From the NCBI GenBank assembly GCA_963761395.1, contig CAVXHU010000043.1, forward strand, positions 2,132-66,131: a stretch of DNA of 64,000 bases. Reading direction: 5' to 3'. Source of the DNA: an uncultured Alphaproteobacteria bacterium. Lineage in GTDB: Bacteria; Pseudomonadota; Alphaproteobacteria; Rhizobiales; Xanthobacteraceae. Both the position numbers and the translations under genes were made by a program. Below, piece after piece: positions 1 to 9,355 of this stretch (positions are counted from its first letter, which is position 1; every line of letters begins with the position of its first letter). Under the pieces are notes generated by a model. It was not told the origin of the DNA and did no database searches. It saw only the letters and a program-made list of their open reading frames with translations.

Positions 1-71
1 CCGCGATCCCGACGATCTCATCGGCTAGAGCATGATGAGTTTAGATTGAGCCGTAACGACATCGGAGGCGA

Positions 72-185
72 CTCCCTCTCCCGTTGGGAGAGGGCTGGGG
101 TGAGGGGTTACGGTCTCTCGTCAGAGCAGAGGCCCTCACCCGATTTGCTGCGCAAATCGACCTCTCCCCACCGGGGAGAGGTGAA
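72..185. repeat. Palindromic repeat element, CCCTCTCCC/GGGAGAGGG-CCCTCACCC family
   Basis: CTCCCTCTCCCGTTGGGAGAGGGCTGGGGTGAGGGG ... CCCTCACCC ... CCTCTCCCCACCGGGGAGAGGTGAA; same architecture at 35608-35765. Confidence 0.85.
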
Positions 186-616
186 GCAACATCCCGGCAA
201 GTTGAATCAGTCAAATCACATACTGCTCCAGCGATCGAAGCCGTCTGGTCCGGATATGAGCCCGCGCGACTGCGCACCGGCTGGGAATGGCGATCGGCTT
301 TGCTTCGTCACGCAAACGGACGGGCGTTTGCGTGCGCCGCGCGCATGTAAGCCTCGACCCCGAACGAACACAGCTTGTTGATCAGGCACGCTTGATTTCT
401 CCTCAAGGGCGCTTGGACGCAATGGATTCGTATCTAATTGAGGGCTCACCCTCCTGTTGTCCCTGGCTTTCGGGGTTGAACGAGCCGAAGCGTAATCATT
501 GGAACTTCGGATCGTTGCATCGGCATAGACGCCAGTTGTGACGACGTGCCCGTCGGACTTTTTCCGTTCCCTGCCGGTGACCGCAAGTTGGTCGAGGCGA
601 AACCCCAGAGAGTCAC

Positions 617-1381
617 ATGTCGAGAGCCGGTCGTTCAAACACCTGGCGTGCCGTTTTATTGGCGTGGGGATTAGCCCTGGTCTGCGCAGCTCCCGCACTC
701 GTCGCTGCGCAGTTGAATTCACCCGGATCGGTCGATCCTGCCGGCAGATCCGATGAACCCTTCGGGCTTTCCACCACGATGGTCGCCATGGGCCCGTTGC
801 TCGAGAAATGGCTCGGTGTCGAACGCGAGGTCGATGATGAACGACAAGTGCTGAAGATGTGCGACCAGAACCGCGCGTCTTGTCAATCGCAGACAGCGCT
901 GCAATTTCTGGCCATTGTTGAAAGCGGACGAGCCCTGGACGGTCGTGCGCGACTAGGCGAGATCAACCGCGCCATCAATCTGAAAATAAAGCCGATGAGC
1001 GATCTGGCGCTTTACGGTGTCGAGGACGTCTGGAGCCCTCCCCTCAACACGCTCGCCAGGGGTGCTGGAGACTGCGAAGATTACGCGATTGCAAAATTCG
1101 TTGCGCTGCAGGAAGCGGGGGTCTCCCCCGACGACCTTCGGATTGTCGTCTTGCGGGACGACATCCGGGAAGAAGATCACGCCGTCGTCGCGGCCCGCCT
1201 CGATGGCACCTGGCTGATGCTGGACAATCGCCATATGGCGATGATCGACGACCATCACCTGCGGGATTACCACCCGGTATTTCTCATCGATCAGAATGGG
1301 GTCAGCCGCTACCCCGACGCGCCATCGACTTCCGAGGGATCGCGCGGCTATCAGCGCGCCGTCGGTCAGATTCTGCGCTAG
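617..1381 (+). CDS. Transglutaminase-like cysteine peptidase (BTLCP/LapG-like, DUF920)
   Basis: Signal peptide; GDCEDYAIAK catalytic motif, HAVVA and LDNR motifs. Confidence 0.9.
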   Translation: MSRAGRSNTWRAVLLAWGLALVCAAPALVAAQLNSPGSVDPAGRSDEPFGLSTTMVAMGPLLEKWLGVEREVDDERQVLKMCDQNRASCQSQTALQFLAIVESGRALDGRARLGEINRAINLKIKPMSDLALYGVEDVWSPPLNTLARGAGDCEDYAIAKFVALQEAGVSPDDLRIVVLRDDIREEDHAVVAARLDGTWLMLDNRHMAMIDDHHLRDYHPVFLIDQNGVSRYPDAPSTSEGSRGYQRAVGQILR

Positions 1382-1584
1382 GCGAGCCTCGCGGCCTACG
1401 GATTCAGAACGGCCGAAGCGCTTCCATTTCTTAAACAGAGAGCTTGGCCTGCTCACGGCGGCTGTCCGCCGGCGCTGCAAAAGGCCGTCCCTCGCAACAG
1501 ACGGAGCGGACCCTTGCTCCTCGCCCAACCAGCCCCTGCAGGCCCGTTGCCGAGGCCCCGCCAATCGGCTAAATGAACCGCGAC

Positions 1585-1661
1585 GCACCCGTAGCTCAGC
1601 TGGATAGAGCGTTGCCCTCCGAAGGCAAAGGTCACACGTTCGAATCGTGTCGGGTGCGCCA
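1585..1661 (+). tRNA. tRNA-Arg(CCG)
   Basis: GCACCCG/CGGGTGC acceptor stem, D-arm TAGCTCAGCTGGATAGAGC, anticodon arm TTGCC-CTCCGAA-GGCAA, T-loop GTTCGAATC, encoded CCA; 77 nt. Confidence 0.98.
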
Positions 1662-2049
1662 ATGATAGTTTCCGGTTAGCTAAAAAATCGGCGCCCGCCG
1701 CGACGGGCGGTGAAGGCACTTGCACCGGACGGCCAGTCTCGATTTCGGTGATCGCGGCGAAATGCCCGCTGCCACTGGATCACACTACCAGAAGGCAACC
1801 ATTGTGACGCGGGATGTCAGCACCGGGCAGCCAACCGGCAGGCGGAGCTACGGGCCTATTAAGAGCACGCGCTAGCACTGCTCGCTTGGCAATCGCAGGG
1901 TGCCCGTCTACCATACCGCGAACGAACTTCGATTTGTTGGCTCGGCTCTCATCGGTCTCACGGCAGGACGCGAAACGAAAGCCACGTCATTGTCGGAACG
2001 ATAGTCCCACCAGTGACCCAATCCTTTGCAATACCGTAAGGAGACTTTC

Positions 2050-2253
2050 ATGATCAAATGGTTTAGCTTCGGGTTAATCGCACTATGTTTGGTACCAACG
2101 GTAGCAGCCGCTAAAGGCAATAAGGTATCGCAGCAAGATATCACGATCACAAAAAAGGTCGACAAGGCGTCGCCGATGACCACCTCGCCGCCACCCGCCG
2201 GTCCCACCGCCATCCCCTATCCGAATTCCGGCGGCTCGAAAAACAGGAAGTGA
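2050..2253 (+). CDS. Small predicted secreted protein (67 aa) with Hcp-like and DUF4150-like motifs
   Basis: AAGGAG RBS before ATG 2050; signal peptide ending VAAA; KVSQQDITITKKVDKASP and PPAGPTAIPYPN motifs. Confidence 0.7.
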   Translation: MIKWFSFGLIALCLVPTVAAAKGNKVSQQDITITKKVDKASPMTTSPPPAGPTAIPYPNSGGSKNRK

Positions 2254-2411
2254 TTATTGCCGCCAAACTATCGAGCGGTCGGGTTGACCGTCGTGGGTGC
2301 AGGGATCAGAAAAGCTCGGATTGTCGGCGATGCGTCGCCAGATCAACGGGGTTCCAGCCCCTCCTTTTCGCGCCCATAACAGCCGCGCGAGCAACAGAAA
2401 GCGAAGCCTAA

Positions 2412-2615
2412 ATGAGCGAGCGACTGGAGACGCTGAAAAAGGCGCGCGAGCGCATGGCCGAGGACCGCGACGCCTTTGCCAAGACGCTCGCCGCGCCGTT
2501 CGACCGCGACAAGGCCGAGCGGGCGCGGCTCAAATTCATCGAGACCCAGGCCGTGATCGACGCCATCGATCGCGCCATCGACGGCGAGCAGACCGGGCCT
2601 GCCGCCGCGGCATAA
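2412..2615 (+). CDS. Small hypothetical helical protein
   Basis: 67-aa ORF with host-like GC3-rich codons and coiled-coil-like composition. Confidence 0.75.
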   Translation: MSERLETLKKARERMAEDRDAFAKTLAAPFDRDKAERARLKFIETQAVIDAIDRAIDGEQTGPAAAA

Positions 2616-2622
2616 GCCCGCT

Positions 2623-2988
2623 TCACGCCGTCACGAGGCTTTCGAACCCGCCAAAAATCATCCGCTTGGCGTCGAACGGCAGCGACTTGGTGTCCATCAT
2701 GCCGGCCAGCCGCTTGTCGGCCATCACCCTGGCGTTGACGCGGTCGCGTTGCGCGCGCGACTTGTAGGTGATCCAGGAGAACACCACGGTCTCGCCCGGC
2801 TTGAGCTTGACGCTGCGCGGGAACGAGGTGCGCTTGCCGACCTTGACGTCGTCGGCAACCCATTCGCGGTATTCCAGCGCGCCGTACTCGCGCCAGACCT
2901 TGCCGGCCTTCTTCGCCATGCGGCGATAGGCGGCAAGGTTTTTCTTCGGGACCGCGACGATAAATCCATCGACATAAGACATCGGCAT
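2623..2988 (-). CDS. DUF1428 (YbaA-like) family protein
   Basis: YVDGFIVAVP...EYGALEYREWVADDV..G..TSFPR...VVFSWI...PFDAKRMIFGGF; GGAG RBS. Confidence 0.92.
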   Translation of the reverse strand: MPMSYVDGFIVAVPKKNLAAYRRMAKKAGKVWREYGALEYREWVADDVKVGKRTSFPRSVKLKPGETVVFSWITYKSRAQRDRVNARVMADKRLAGMMDTKSLPFDAKRMIFGGFESLVTA

Positions 2989-3026
2989 TACTCCGGTCAC
3001 GTCTCAATGTCGCACGCAATTATGGA

Positions 3027-3770
3027 TTATGTCTGGCAGCAGGCGGCGGTGCCGGAAGCCGGCTTATATTGATCGCGCAGCCGCAGCCAGTCCATCGGAT
3101 ACGGCAAGCCCTCCTCATGGCGGCCGAGCGGCGTCAGGTCGAGATAATGGTAGGCGGCATTCATCATGTCGAGACCGCGCGCGAAGCAGGAATAGGTGTG
3201 GAAGATGTCGCCCGCATCGTCGCGGAAAAACACGCTGATCCCGGGCGCTTCCTCGACGCCGAAGCCGCTGGTGCCGAAATTATAGAGCTTGGCGCCCGAT
3301 TTGATCTCTTCCGGCGTAAACGAGACGGCATAATCGTGGTTGAAATCGTTGGCCGCTGAAGACAACCAGTCGAAGCTCCAGCCCATCCGCGCCTTGAACG
3401 CGGTCAGCTTTTGCAACGGCGCGCGCGAAATCGCGACCAGGGTGGTGTCGCGCGCCGCGAGATGGGGAATCATGCGCTCGAATCCGTCGGCCCAGAACGA
3501 GCAGCTCTTGCAGCCCTCGGTCCAGTCGGGCGCGAACATGAAATGCTGCACCACCAGCTGGCTGCGGCCGGCGAACAGGTCGCTCAGCGTCTGCTTGCCG
3601 TTGGGGCCGTCGAACACATAGGCCTTGTCGACCTTGACCCATGGCAGCGCGCGCCGCTCCTCGCTCAGCCGGTCGCGCGCCCGTGTGTATTCCTTTTCAT
3701 GGGCGAGATGGGCCTTGCGCGCTTCGATCCATTGTTCACGCGAGACGATCTTGTGCGGTTGCGATGGCAT
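3027..3770 (-). CDS. DUF899 thioredoxin-like family protein
   Basis: RRALPWV, LFAGRSQLVV.HFMF.P.W..GC.SCSF, YHYLDLTPLGR motifs. Confidence 0.92.
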   Translation of the reverse strand: MPSQPHKIVSREQWIEARKAHLAHEKEYTRARDRLSEERRALPWVKVDKAYVFDGPNGKQTLSDLFAGRSQLVVQHFMFAPDWTEGCKSCSFWADGFERMIPHLAARDTTLVAISRAPLQKLTAFKARMGWSFDWLSSAANDFNHDYAVSFTPEEIKSGAKLYNFGTSGFGVEEAPGISVFFRDDAGDIFHTYSCFARGLDMMNAAYHYLDLTPLGRHEEGLPYPMDWLRLRDQYKPASGTAACCQT

Positions 3771-3792
3771 GACGGGCTCCTCTCTGATCGTT

Positions 3793-4260
3793 TCAGGCGA
3801 TATATTTTTCAAGATTGTCGAGCATGCCGGTCCATCCGCGCTCGTGGCCGTCGCGTGCGGCGGAATCGAAGAACTGCTCGTGGTGAAGCGTCAGCAGCGT
3901 ACCGTCGCCGTCAGGCTTGAGCGAGATCGTCACCTGCGATTCGCGTTCCGGCGTCGAATGCCACGCCCAGCTGAACACCAGCTTTTGGTTCGGCACCACC
4001 TCGCGATAGACGCCGCCGGCTTCGTAATACTCGTCGTCGGTAGAGAAGCTGATGCGGAAGCGTCCGCCGATCCGCGCGTCGATGTCCGCCTGCACCGAGC
4101 CGATCCTGGCGTTTGCGGGTCCGAACCAACGCGTCATTTTTTGCGGGTTGGTCCACGCGGCGTAGACTTTCGCCGGCGGCGCATTGAGACGACGTTTGAT
4201 GGTGAGGCTCGGCCTGGTGACGGGACCGGCGTCGGCGGCGGTACTTGATTTGGTGGCCAT
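3793..4260 (-). CDS. SRPBCC/AHSA1 domain protein
   Basis: RRLNAPPAKVYAAWT.P...WF, GGVYREVVPN.KLVFSW, GW...LD.L motifs. Confidence 0.9.
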   Translation of the reverse strand: MATKSSTAADAGPVTRPSLTIKRRLNAPPAKVYAAWTNPQKMTRWFGPANARIGSVQADIDARIGGRFRISFSTDDEYYEAGGVYREVVPNQKLVFSWAWHSTPERESQVTISLKPDGDGTLLTLHHEQFFDSAARDGHERGWTGMLDNLEKYIA

Positions 4261-4589
4261 TGTTCTTCCTCCACAAAAGCGGCAAGGCGGTCGAGACTTT
4301 CGGACCAGAAGCGCTGGTAGCGGTTCAGCCAGTCCATCGCCTGCTCCATTGGCCTCGCGGTCAGCCGGCACGCCACGGTGCGGCCGGTTTTCGCGCGCGC
4401 GATCAGGCCGGCGTCCGACAGCACGTCGAGATGCTTCATGATCGCGGGCAGCGACATCGAAAAGGGCTGCGCCAACTCGCTCACCGAGATGCCGTCCTGC
4501 TTGCCGAGCCGCGCCAGCAGCGCCCGCCGCGTCGGGTCCGCAAGCGCCGCAAAGGTGCGGTCCAGAGCCTGATCGCTATACTTAACCAT
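4134..4589 (-). CDS. ArsR/SmtB family transcriptional regulator
   Basis: LDRTFAALADPTRRALL...SVSELA.PF.MSLPAIMKHLDVL..AGLI; typical ArsR-SRPBCC pair. Confidence 0.92.
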   Translation of the reverse strand: MVKYSDQALDRTFAALADPTRRALLARLGKQDGISVSELAQPFSMSLPAIMKHLDVLSDAGLIARAKTGRTVACRLTARPMEQAMDWLNRYQRFWSESLDRLAAFVEEEQWPPNQVPPPTPVPSPGRASPSNVVSMRRRRKSTPRGPTRKK

Positions 4590-4625
4590 GTGGTTTAGTA
4601 TAGGCGCAGCGAAGGAAACGGTCAA
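4577..4625 (-). promoter_or_regulatory. sigma70 promoter with overlapping palindromic operator (probably leaderless arsR mRNA)
   Basis: Minus strand TTGACC (4625-4620)-17 nt-TATACT (4602-4597), 7 nt before ATG 4589; dyad TATACTTAACCA-TG-TGGTTTAGTATA at 4577-4602. Confidence 0.75.
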
Positions 4626-4711
4626 GTGGTTTCCGCCTCCGGGTGCGCCCGAAGATGAAACCGCAATGATGGACGAAAATCTCTCAGCGAGTTGTCCCGG
4701 CGAATAGCACT

Positions 4712-5686
4712 CTATTCGACGTGGGCGCCGGCGGCCTTGACCACCTTTTCCCATTTCTCGGTTTCGGCCACGATCAACTTGCCGAAATCGTCGGGCGAGC
4801 CGATCAGGGGCTCGCCGCCGAGATCGATCAGCTTCGCCTTGATCCCCGGCTCGGCCAGCACCGCGTTGATTTCCTTGTTCAGCTTCTCGATGATTTCCTT
4901 CGGCGTGTTCTTCGGCGCGCCCATGCCGAACAGGGCGCTGGCTTCGTAGCCCGGAACGGTGTCGGCGACGGTCGGCACATCAGGCAATTGCGGCGACCGC
5001 GTCGTCGTGGTCACGGCCAGCGCGCGCAAGGACCCGGCGCGGATGTGCTGAATGACGGAGGGCATGTTGTCGAAGATCAGCTGGACCTGGCCGCCGAGCA
5101 TGTCGGTGATGGCGGGCGCGGCGCCGCGATAGGGAACGTGCTGCATCTTGGTGCCCGACATCATCATGAACATTTCTCCGGACAGATGCACGGAGGTGCC
5201 GTTGCCCGACGACGCCATGTTCACCTTGCCCGGATTGGCCTTCACATAGGCGATGAACTCGGCGACCGTCTTCGCCGGCACGTCGTTGCTCACGGTCATT
5301 ACATTGGGCACACGATTGAATGCCGCGACCGGCGCGATGTCGCGAACGAAGTTGAATTTCAGGTTGGTGTACAGCGTGGCATTGATGTAGTTCGCGGGGT
5401 TGACCAGCAGCACGGTGTAGCCGTCCGGCTCCGCATTGATCACCGCCTCGGTGGCGATGTTGTTGCCGGCGCCGGGCTTGTTCTCGACCACGAATTGCTG
5501 GCCGAGCTTCTCCGACAGCCGCTGGCCGATCAGCCGCGCAATGATATCGGTGGCGCCGCCCGGGGGATAGCCGACGACCCAGCGCACCGGCCGGGTCGGA
5601 TAATCCAGCGCCGAGGCGCTGCCGATGGACGCGATCGCCGAAATGCCGATTGCGATCAGACCCATCGCGGTGCGACGTAAAAGCAT
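4712..5686 (-). CDS. Bug/TctC tripartite tricarboxylate transporter substrate-binding protein
   Basis: YPTRPVRWVVGYPPGGATD, VENKPGAG, HVPYRG, signal peptide. Confidence 0.95.
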   Translation of the reverse strand: MLLRRTAMGLIAIGISAIASIGSASALDYPTRPVRWVVGYPPGGATDIIARLIGQRLSEKLGQQFVVENKPGAGNNIATEAVINAEPDGYTVLLVNPANYINATLYTNLKFNFVRDIAPVAAFNRVPNVMTVSNDVPAKTVAEFIAYVKANPGKVNMASSGNGTSVHLSGEMFMMMSGTKMQHVPYRGAAPAITDMLGGQVQLIFDNMPSVIQHIRAGSLRALAVTTTTRSPQLPDVPTVADTVPGYEASALFGMGAPKNTPKEIIEKLNKEINAVLAEPGIKAKLIDLGGEPLIGSPDDFGKLIVAETEKWEKVVKAAGAHVE

Positions 5687-5823
5687 GCCGTTTCTCCCTA
5701 TGTCCCGGATCTGAAGTCCGGTTCGTTGTTGTTGAATTGACGATCGCCGCGCGTTGTAACAAACAAAGAATGCGACGGCCAGTGCGACAAATGCACAGAG
5801 CACCGCGACCAAAGGATTAGGTC

Positions 5824-6240
5824 ATGTCAGTCAAAGTCCATGCGCTCGATCATCTCGTGATCAATGTCTCGGATGTGGCGCGCAGCGCCGAATGGTACCG
5901 GAAGATCCTCGGCATGGAGATCAGGGTGTTCGATCCGGGCCACGGCGGGACGCCCCGGACATCGCTGATCTTCGGCAACCAGAAAATCAATGTGCGGCCG
6001 CGCGACGCCGACAAGGTCGAGTGGTTCACCGCCGACCATGAAACCGCAGGCAGTGACGATCTGTGCTTTCTGACCTCGAGCACGCCGGAAGCGGTGCTCG
6101 CGCATCTGACCGCATGCGGCGTGACGATCGAGGAAGGTCCGGTTAAGAAGCAAGGCGCCCGCGGCGCGCTGCGCTCGGTTTATTGCCGCGACCCGGACGG
6201 CAGCTTGATCGAGATTTCGTCGTATGAGGTGGATGCGTAG
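5824..6240 (+). CDS. VOC/glyoxalase family protein
   Basis: LDHLVI.V.DV, GSDDLCF, SVYCRDPDG.LIE. Confidence 0.92.
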   Translation: MSVKVHALDHLVINVSDVARSAEWYRKILGMEIRVFDPGHGGTPRTSLIFGNQKINVRPRDADKVEWFTADHETAGSDDLCFLTSSTPEAVLAHLTACGVTIEEGPVKKQGARGALRSVYCRDPDGSLIEISSYEVDA

Positions 6241-6250
6241 TCCTCTCCCC

Positions 6251-6364
6251 GTCATTGCGAGCCAACGGGTCGCGCGAATGCGCGCCCGATGACAGGCTCC
6301 GCGAAGCAATCCAGCGCGAAAAGAAAGACTGGATTGCTTCGTCGCTTGCGCTCCTCGCAATGAC
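6251..6364. repeat. GTCAT-type palindromic element (GTCATTGCGAG...CTCGCAATGAC subfamily)
   Basis: Terminal inverted repeat plus internal GAAGCAATCCAG/CTGGATTGCTTC; near-identical inverted copy at 33458-33574. Confidence 0.9.
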
Positions 6365-6478
6365 GAAAAAGACGCCTCATGCCTGCGATTGCGGGTTTGC
6401 CCGCGGCGCGATCCGGTGGCAGAAAGGCCCCCAAGCAAGAATACCAAAGCAGCCGGCAAAGGCTGCAGGAGAGGAAAA

Positions 6479-8065
6479 ATGCCGATATCACCACCGGCGC
6501 CGGGCATCGTCGGGCCATTCGCGGGGCTCGACGTGCCCTGGCTATTGCGGATGCGGGCCGAGACGCGCCGCGACCATCCGTTCCTGATCTGGGCGCCATT
6601 CGATGCGCCGGCGCGAATCTGGGCTTACGGCGAATTTCACGATCGCGTCGGCGCGCTAGCCGCCGGCCTCGTCAAACGCGGGATCAAGCCCGGCGAGTTC
6701 GTGCTGATCCATCTGGACAATTGCGTCGAGGCTGCTCTCGCCTGGTTTGCCTGCGCCGAGCTCGGCGCCATTGCGGTGACCACCAATACCCGCTCGGCGC
6801 CTGCGGAAATGGAATATTTTGCCGGCCATTGCGGCGCGGTGGCCGCGATCACGCAGCCGGCCTATGCCGAGATGATTGCGGCGCAGTGCCGGGGCTTGCG
6901 CTGGCTCGCGGTGATTTCGCACGACGCGGGCGAGGCGCCCGCGCCAGGCAACGCCGCGCCACGCAGCGACCGTTTCGAGGCGCTGTTCGCCGACAGCGCC
7001 GACCGGCCTCGCCGCGCCATCGATCCCTTGGCGCCGTGCAGCGTGCAATATACCTCCGGCACCACGTCGCGCCCGAAAGCGGTGCTATGGACGCATGCCA
7101 ATGCGCTATGGGGCGCCAAGGTCAACGCCTTGCACGAGGATTTGCATGAGGGCGACGTGCATCAGACCTACCTGCCGCTGTTTCACACCAACGCGCTGGC
7201 CTATTCGATGCTGGCGAGCCTGTGGGTCGGCTCGACTTGCGTGATTCAGCCGCGGTTTTCCGCAAGCCGGTTCTGGAATGTCGCGCTGGCGCACGGCTGC
7301 ACCTGGAGCTCGACGATACCTTTTTGCATGAAGGCGCTTTTGGAGCATGAGATCCCGAAGCGGCATAAGTTCCGGCTGTGGGGCACGGCCGTGTGCGAGC
7401 CGCCGCCATTCGCCGTGTTCGGCATCAAGATCATCGGCTGGTGGGGCATGACCGAAACCATCACCCACGGCATCGTCGGCGAGGTCGATCAGCCCAACAC
7501 GCCGATGTCGATCGGCCGCGCCGCGGCGGAATACGCGATCCGCGTCGCCGACGACGACGGCGCGCCGACGCCCGTCGGCGGCACCGGCAATCTGCTGATC
7601 AAGGGCGTTCCCGGGCTGTCGCTGTTTAAGGAATACCTGCACAACGAGAAAGCTACGCAAGAGAGTTTCGACGAGCACGGTTATTTCATCACCGGCGACC
7701 GTGTCGCGCTACTGGACAACGGCTTCATCAAATTCGGCGACCGCGCCAAGGACATGCTGAAGGTCGGCGGCGAGAACGTCGCGGCCTCGGAGATCGAGCA
7801 GGTGATAGCGGTCGTGCCCGGCGTGCGCGAGGCCGCGGTGGTTGGGAAAAAGCATCCGATGCTCGATGAGGTGCCGGTGGTGTTCATCATTCCGCTGGCA
7901 GGCGTCGAGCGCGCGCCGCCGGATCTGCACGACACCGTGATGGCCGCCTGCCGTGGTTCGCTCGCGGACTTCAAGGTGCCGCGCGAGATCCGCTTCGTCG
8001 ACGAGATGCCGCGCTCGACACTGGAAAAGGTGGCGAAGGCGGAGTTGCGGAAACTGCTGGGATGA
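6479..8065 (+). CDS. AMP-binding acyl-CoA ligase (CaiC-like)
   Basis: YTSGTTSRPK, GWWGMTET, TGD, RAKDMLKVGGENV motifs; GAGG RBS. Confidence 0.92.
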   Translation: MPISPPAPGIVGPFAGLDVPWLLRMRAETRRDHPFLIWAPFDAPARIWAYGEFHDRVGALAAGLVKRGIKPGEFVLIHLDNCVEAALAWFACAELGAIAVTTNTRSAPAEMEYFAGHCGAVAAITQPAYAEMIAAQCRGLRWLAVISHDAGEAPAPGNAAPRSDRFEALFADSADRPRRAIDPLAPCSVQYTSGTTSRPKAVLWTHANALWGAKVNALHEDLHEGDVHQTYLPLFHTNALAYSMLASLWVGSTCVIQPRFSASRFWNVALAHGCTWSSTIPFCMKALLEHEIPKRHKFRLWGTAVCEPPPFAVFGIKIIGWWGMTETITHGIVGEVDQPNTPMSIGRAAAEYAIRVADDDGAPTPVGGTGNLLIKGVPGLSLFKEYLHNEKATQESFDEHGYFITGDRVALLDNGFIKFGDRAKDMLKVGGENVAASEIEQVIAVVPGVREAAVVGKKHPMLDEVPVVFIIPLAGVERAPPDLHDTVMAACRGSLADFKVPREIRFVDEMPRSTLEKVAKAELRKLLG

Positions 8066-8105
8066 CAGCGCCAAGGTGCCATTGTCGTTGCGAGGTCCAG
8101 GCTTG

Positions 8106-9290
8106 ATGTACCCGGCCGGCCCGATTGACCCGTCCGAACGCATCGGCACCATCGATATACTTCGCGGCATCGCGCTGTTCATCGTGCTGATCATCAACAC
8201 TGCCACCGAATTCCGCGTTTCGATCTTCGAGCAATTTCTGCCCGCTGCAAAAGCCGCAGGGTTCGCCGGCCAGCTCTCCGGGGCCATCATTCTCGCGCTT
8301 CACACCAAGGGATTTATTCTGTTCTCGTTTCTTTTCGGGGTAGGTCTGGCCATTCAGTTTGAGCGGCTCGCCGCAGATCGCAGCCGTTTCACCCTGATGA
8401 TCCGCAGGCTTGCGATCCTTCTTGCGATCGGCGTCATTCATCTGTTCCTGATCTGGAACGGCGATATTTTGACCGAATACGCGATTGTCGGCTTTGCAGC
8501 TCTACCGTTTTTGTATGGGCCACGATGGCTGTTGGCGGCAGCGTCCGCTTTGTCACTCGGGCTTTATCTCGCAAGCCCGTTGCTGCCGCCGATCCTATTC
8601 TTTCCCGATGGTGCCTGGATAACTCGTCACCTTGCGCAGGCACGACAAGCCTATGGCGCCGGCGGCTTCATGGAAATATTGGCGTTTCGATTAGACGAGG
8701 TACGGTACATCGCGCCGTTACACGTCTACGTTCTGCCGCGCACGTTTGGGCTGTTTCTGCTCGGGGCCTTGGTCTGGCGAGCCGGCTTCTTTCGCGCCAC
8801 CGGCCCGAGAAAATTCCTCGTTACTGCGGCGTGCTTGATGCTCGCCATCGGCGCGTGGTTGACGATTGCTGCGGCGAGAAGAGAAGCGCTCGGCTGGCAG
8901 CTGAATTGGCCCGCAGGCGCTGTTTTTCAATCACTGGCCCAGCTCGTTGTCGCCGGCGGCTACGGCGCCGCGATCGTCGTTCTCGCCGATCACGCCAGCG
9001 GGCGAAAAGTCGTGGCCTGGGCCGGTCCCCTGGGGCGGATGGCCTTCACAAATTACCTGATTCAATCGATTATTCTGAGCTGGATATTCTATGGTTTTGG
9101 TCTTGCGCTTTTCGGGCGGCTGAGCGTCCTGGAATCCCTTGCGGTCGCGGTCGTCATCTACGCGGCACAGGCGGCATTAAGTGCGTGGTGGCTCGGCCGT
9201 TTCAGATTCGGGCCCGTGGAATGGCTGTGGCGTTCACTGATGTACGGCAAGCTACAGCCCGTTGCCGCGCACCAGGTCTCGCTGAAATAA
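8106..9290 (+). CDS. DUF418 (YeiB-like) membrane protein
   Basis: RI..IDILRG.AL, LFSFLFG.G, W.GDIL..YA, GRMAFTNYL.QS, GPVEWLWR. Confidence 0.9.
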   Translation: MYPAGPIDPSERIGTIDILRGIALFIVLIINTATEFRVSIFEQFLPAAKAAGFAGQLSGAIILALHTKGFILFSFLFGVGLAIQFERLAADRSRFTLMIRRLAILLAIGVIHLFLIWNGDILTEYAIVGFAALPFLYGPRWLLAAASALSLGLYLASPLLPPILFFPDGAWITRHLAQARQAYGAGGFMEILAFRLDEVRYIAPLHVYVLPRTFGLFLLGALVWRAGFFRATGPRKFLVTAACLMLAIGAWLTIAAARREALGWQLNWPAGAVFQSLAQLVVAGGYGAAIVVLADHASGRKVVAWAGPLGRMAFTNYLIQSIILSWIFYGFGLALFGRLSVLESLAVAVVIYAAQAALSAWWLGRFRFGPVEWLWRSLMYGKLQPVAAHQVSLK

Positions 9291-9355
9291 AAATCCGCCG
9301 AAAATGCGCGGCTCCTTCCGGCACCTGCCTGATGCGCCGCTGCCCGACCGAGCCA

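Noticed and set aside
1-28. 3' end of an upstream CDS (…RDPDDLIG*)
   Set aside because: Plausible but too short to identify.
41-541. Overlapping short ORFs at the window start
   Set aside because: They translate the palindromic repeat and intergenic DNA; no protein-like features.
1760-1840. Another three-hairpin unit after the tRNA (ATGCCCGCT, ATGTCAGC)
   Set aside because: Only short seeds match; the loop motifs and 90-bp spacing are absent.
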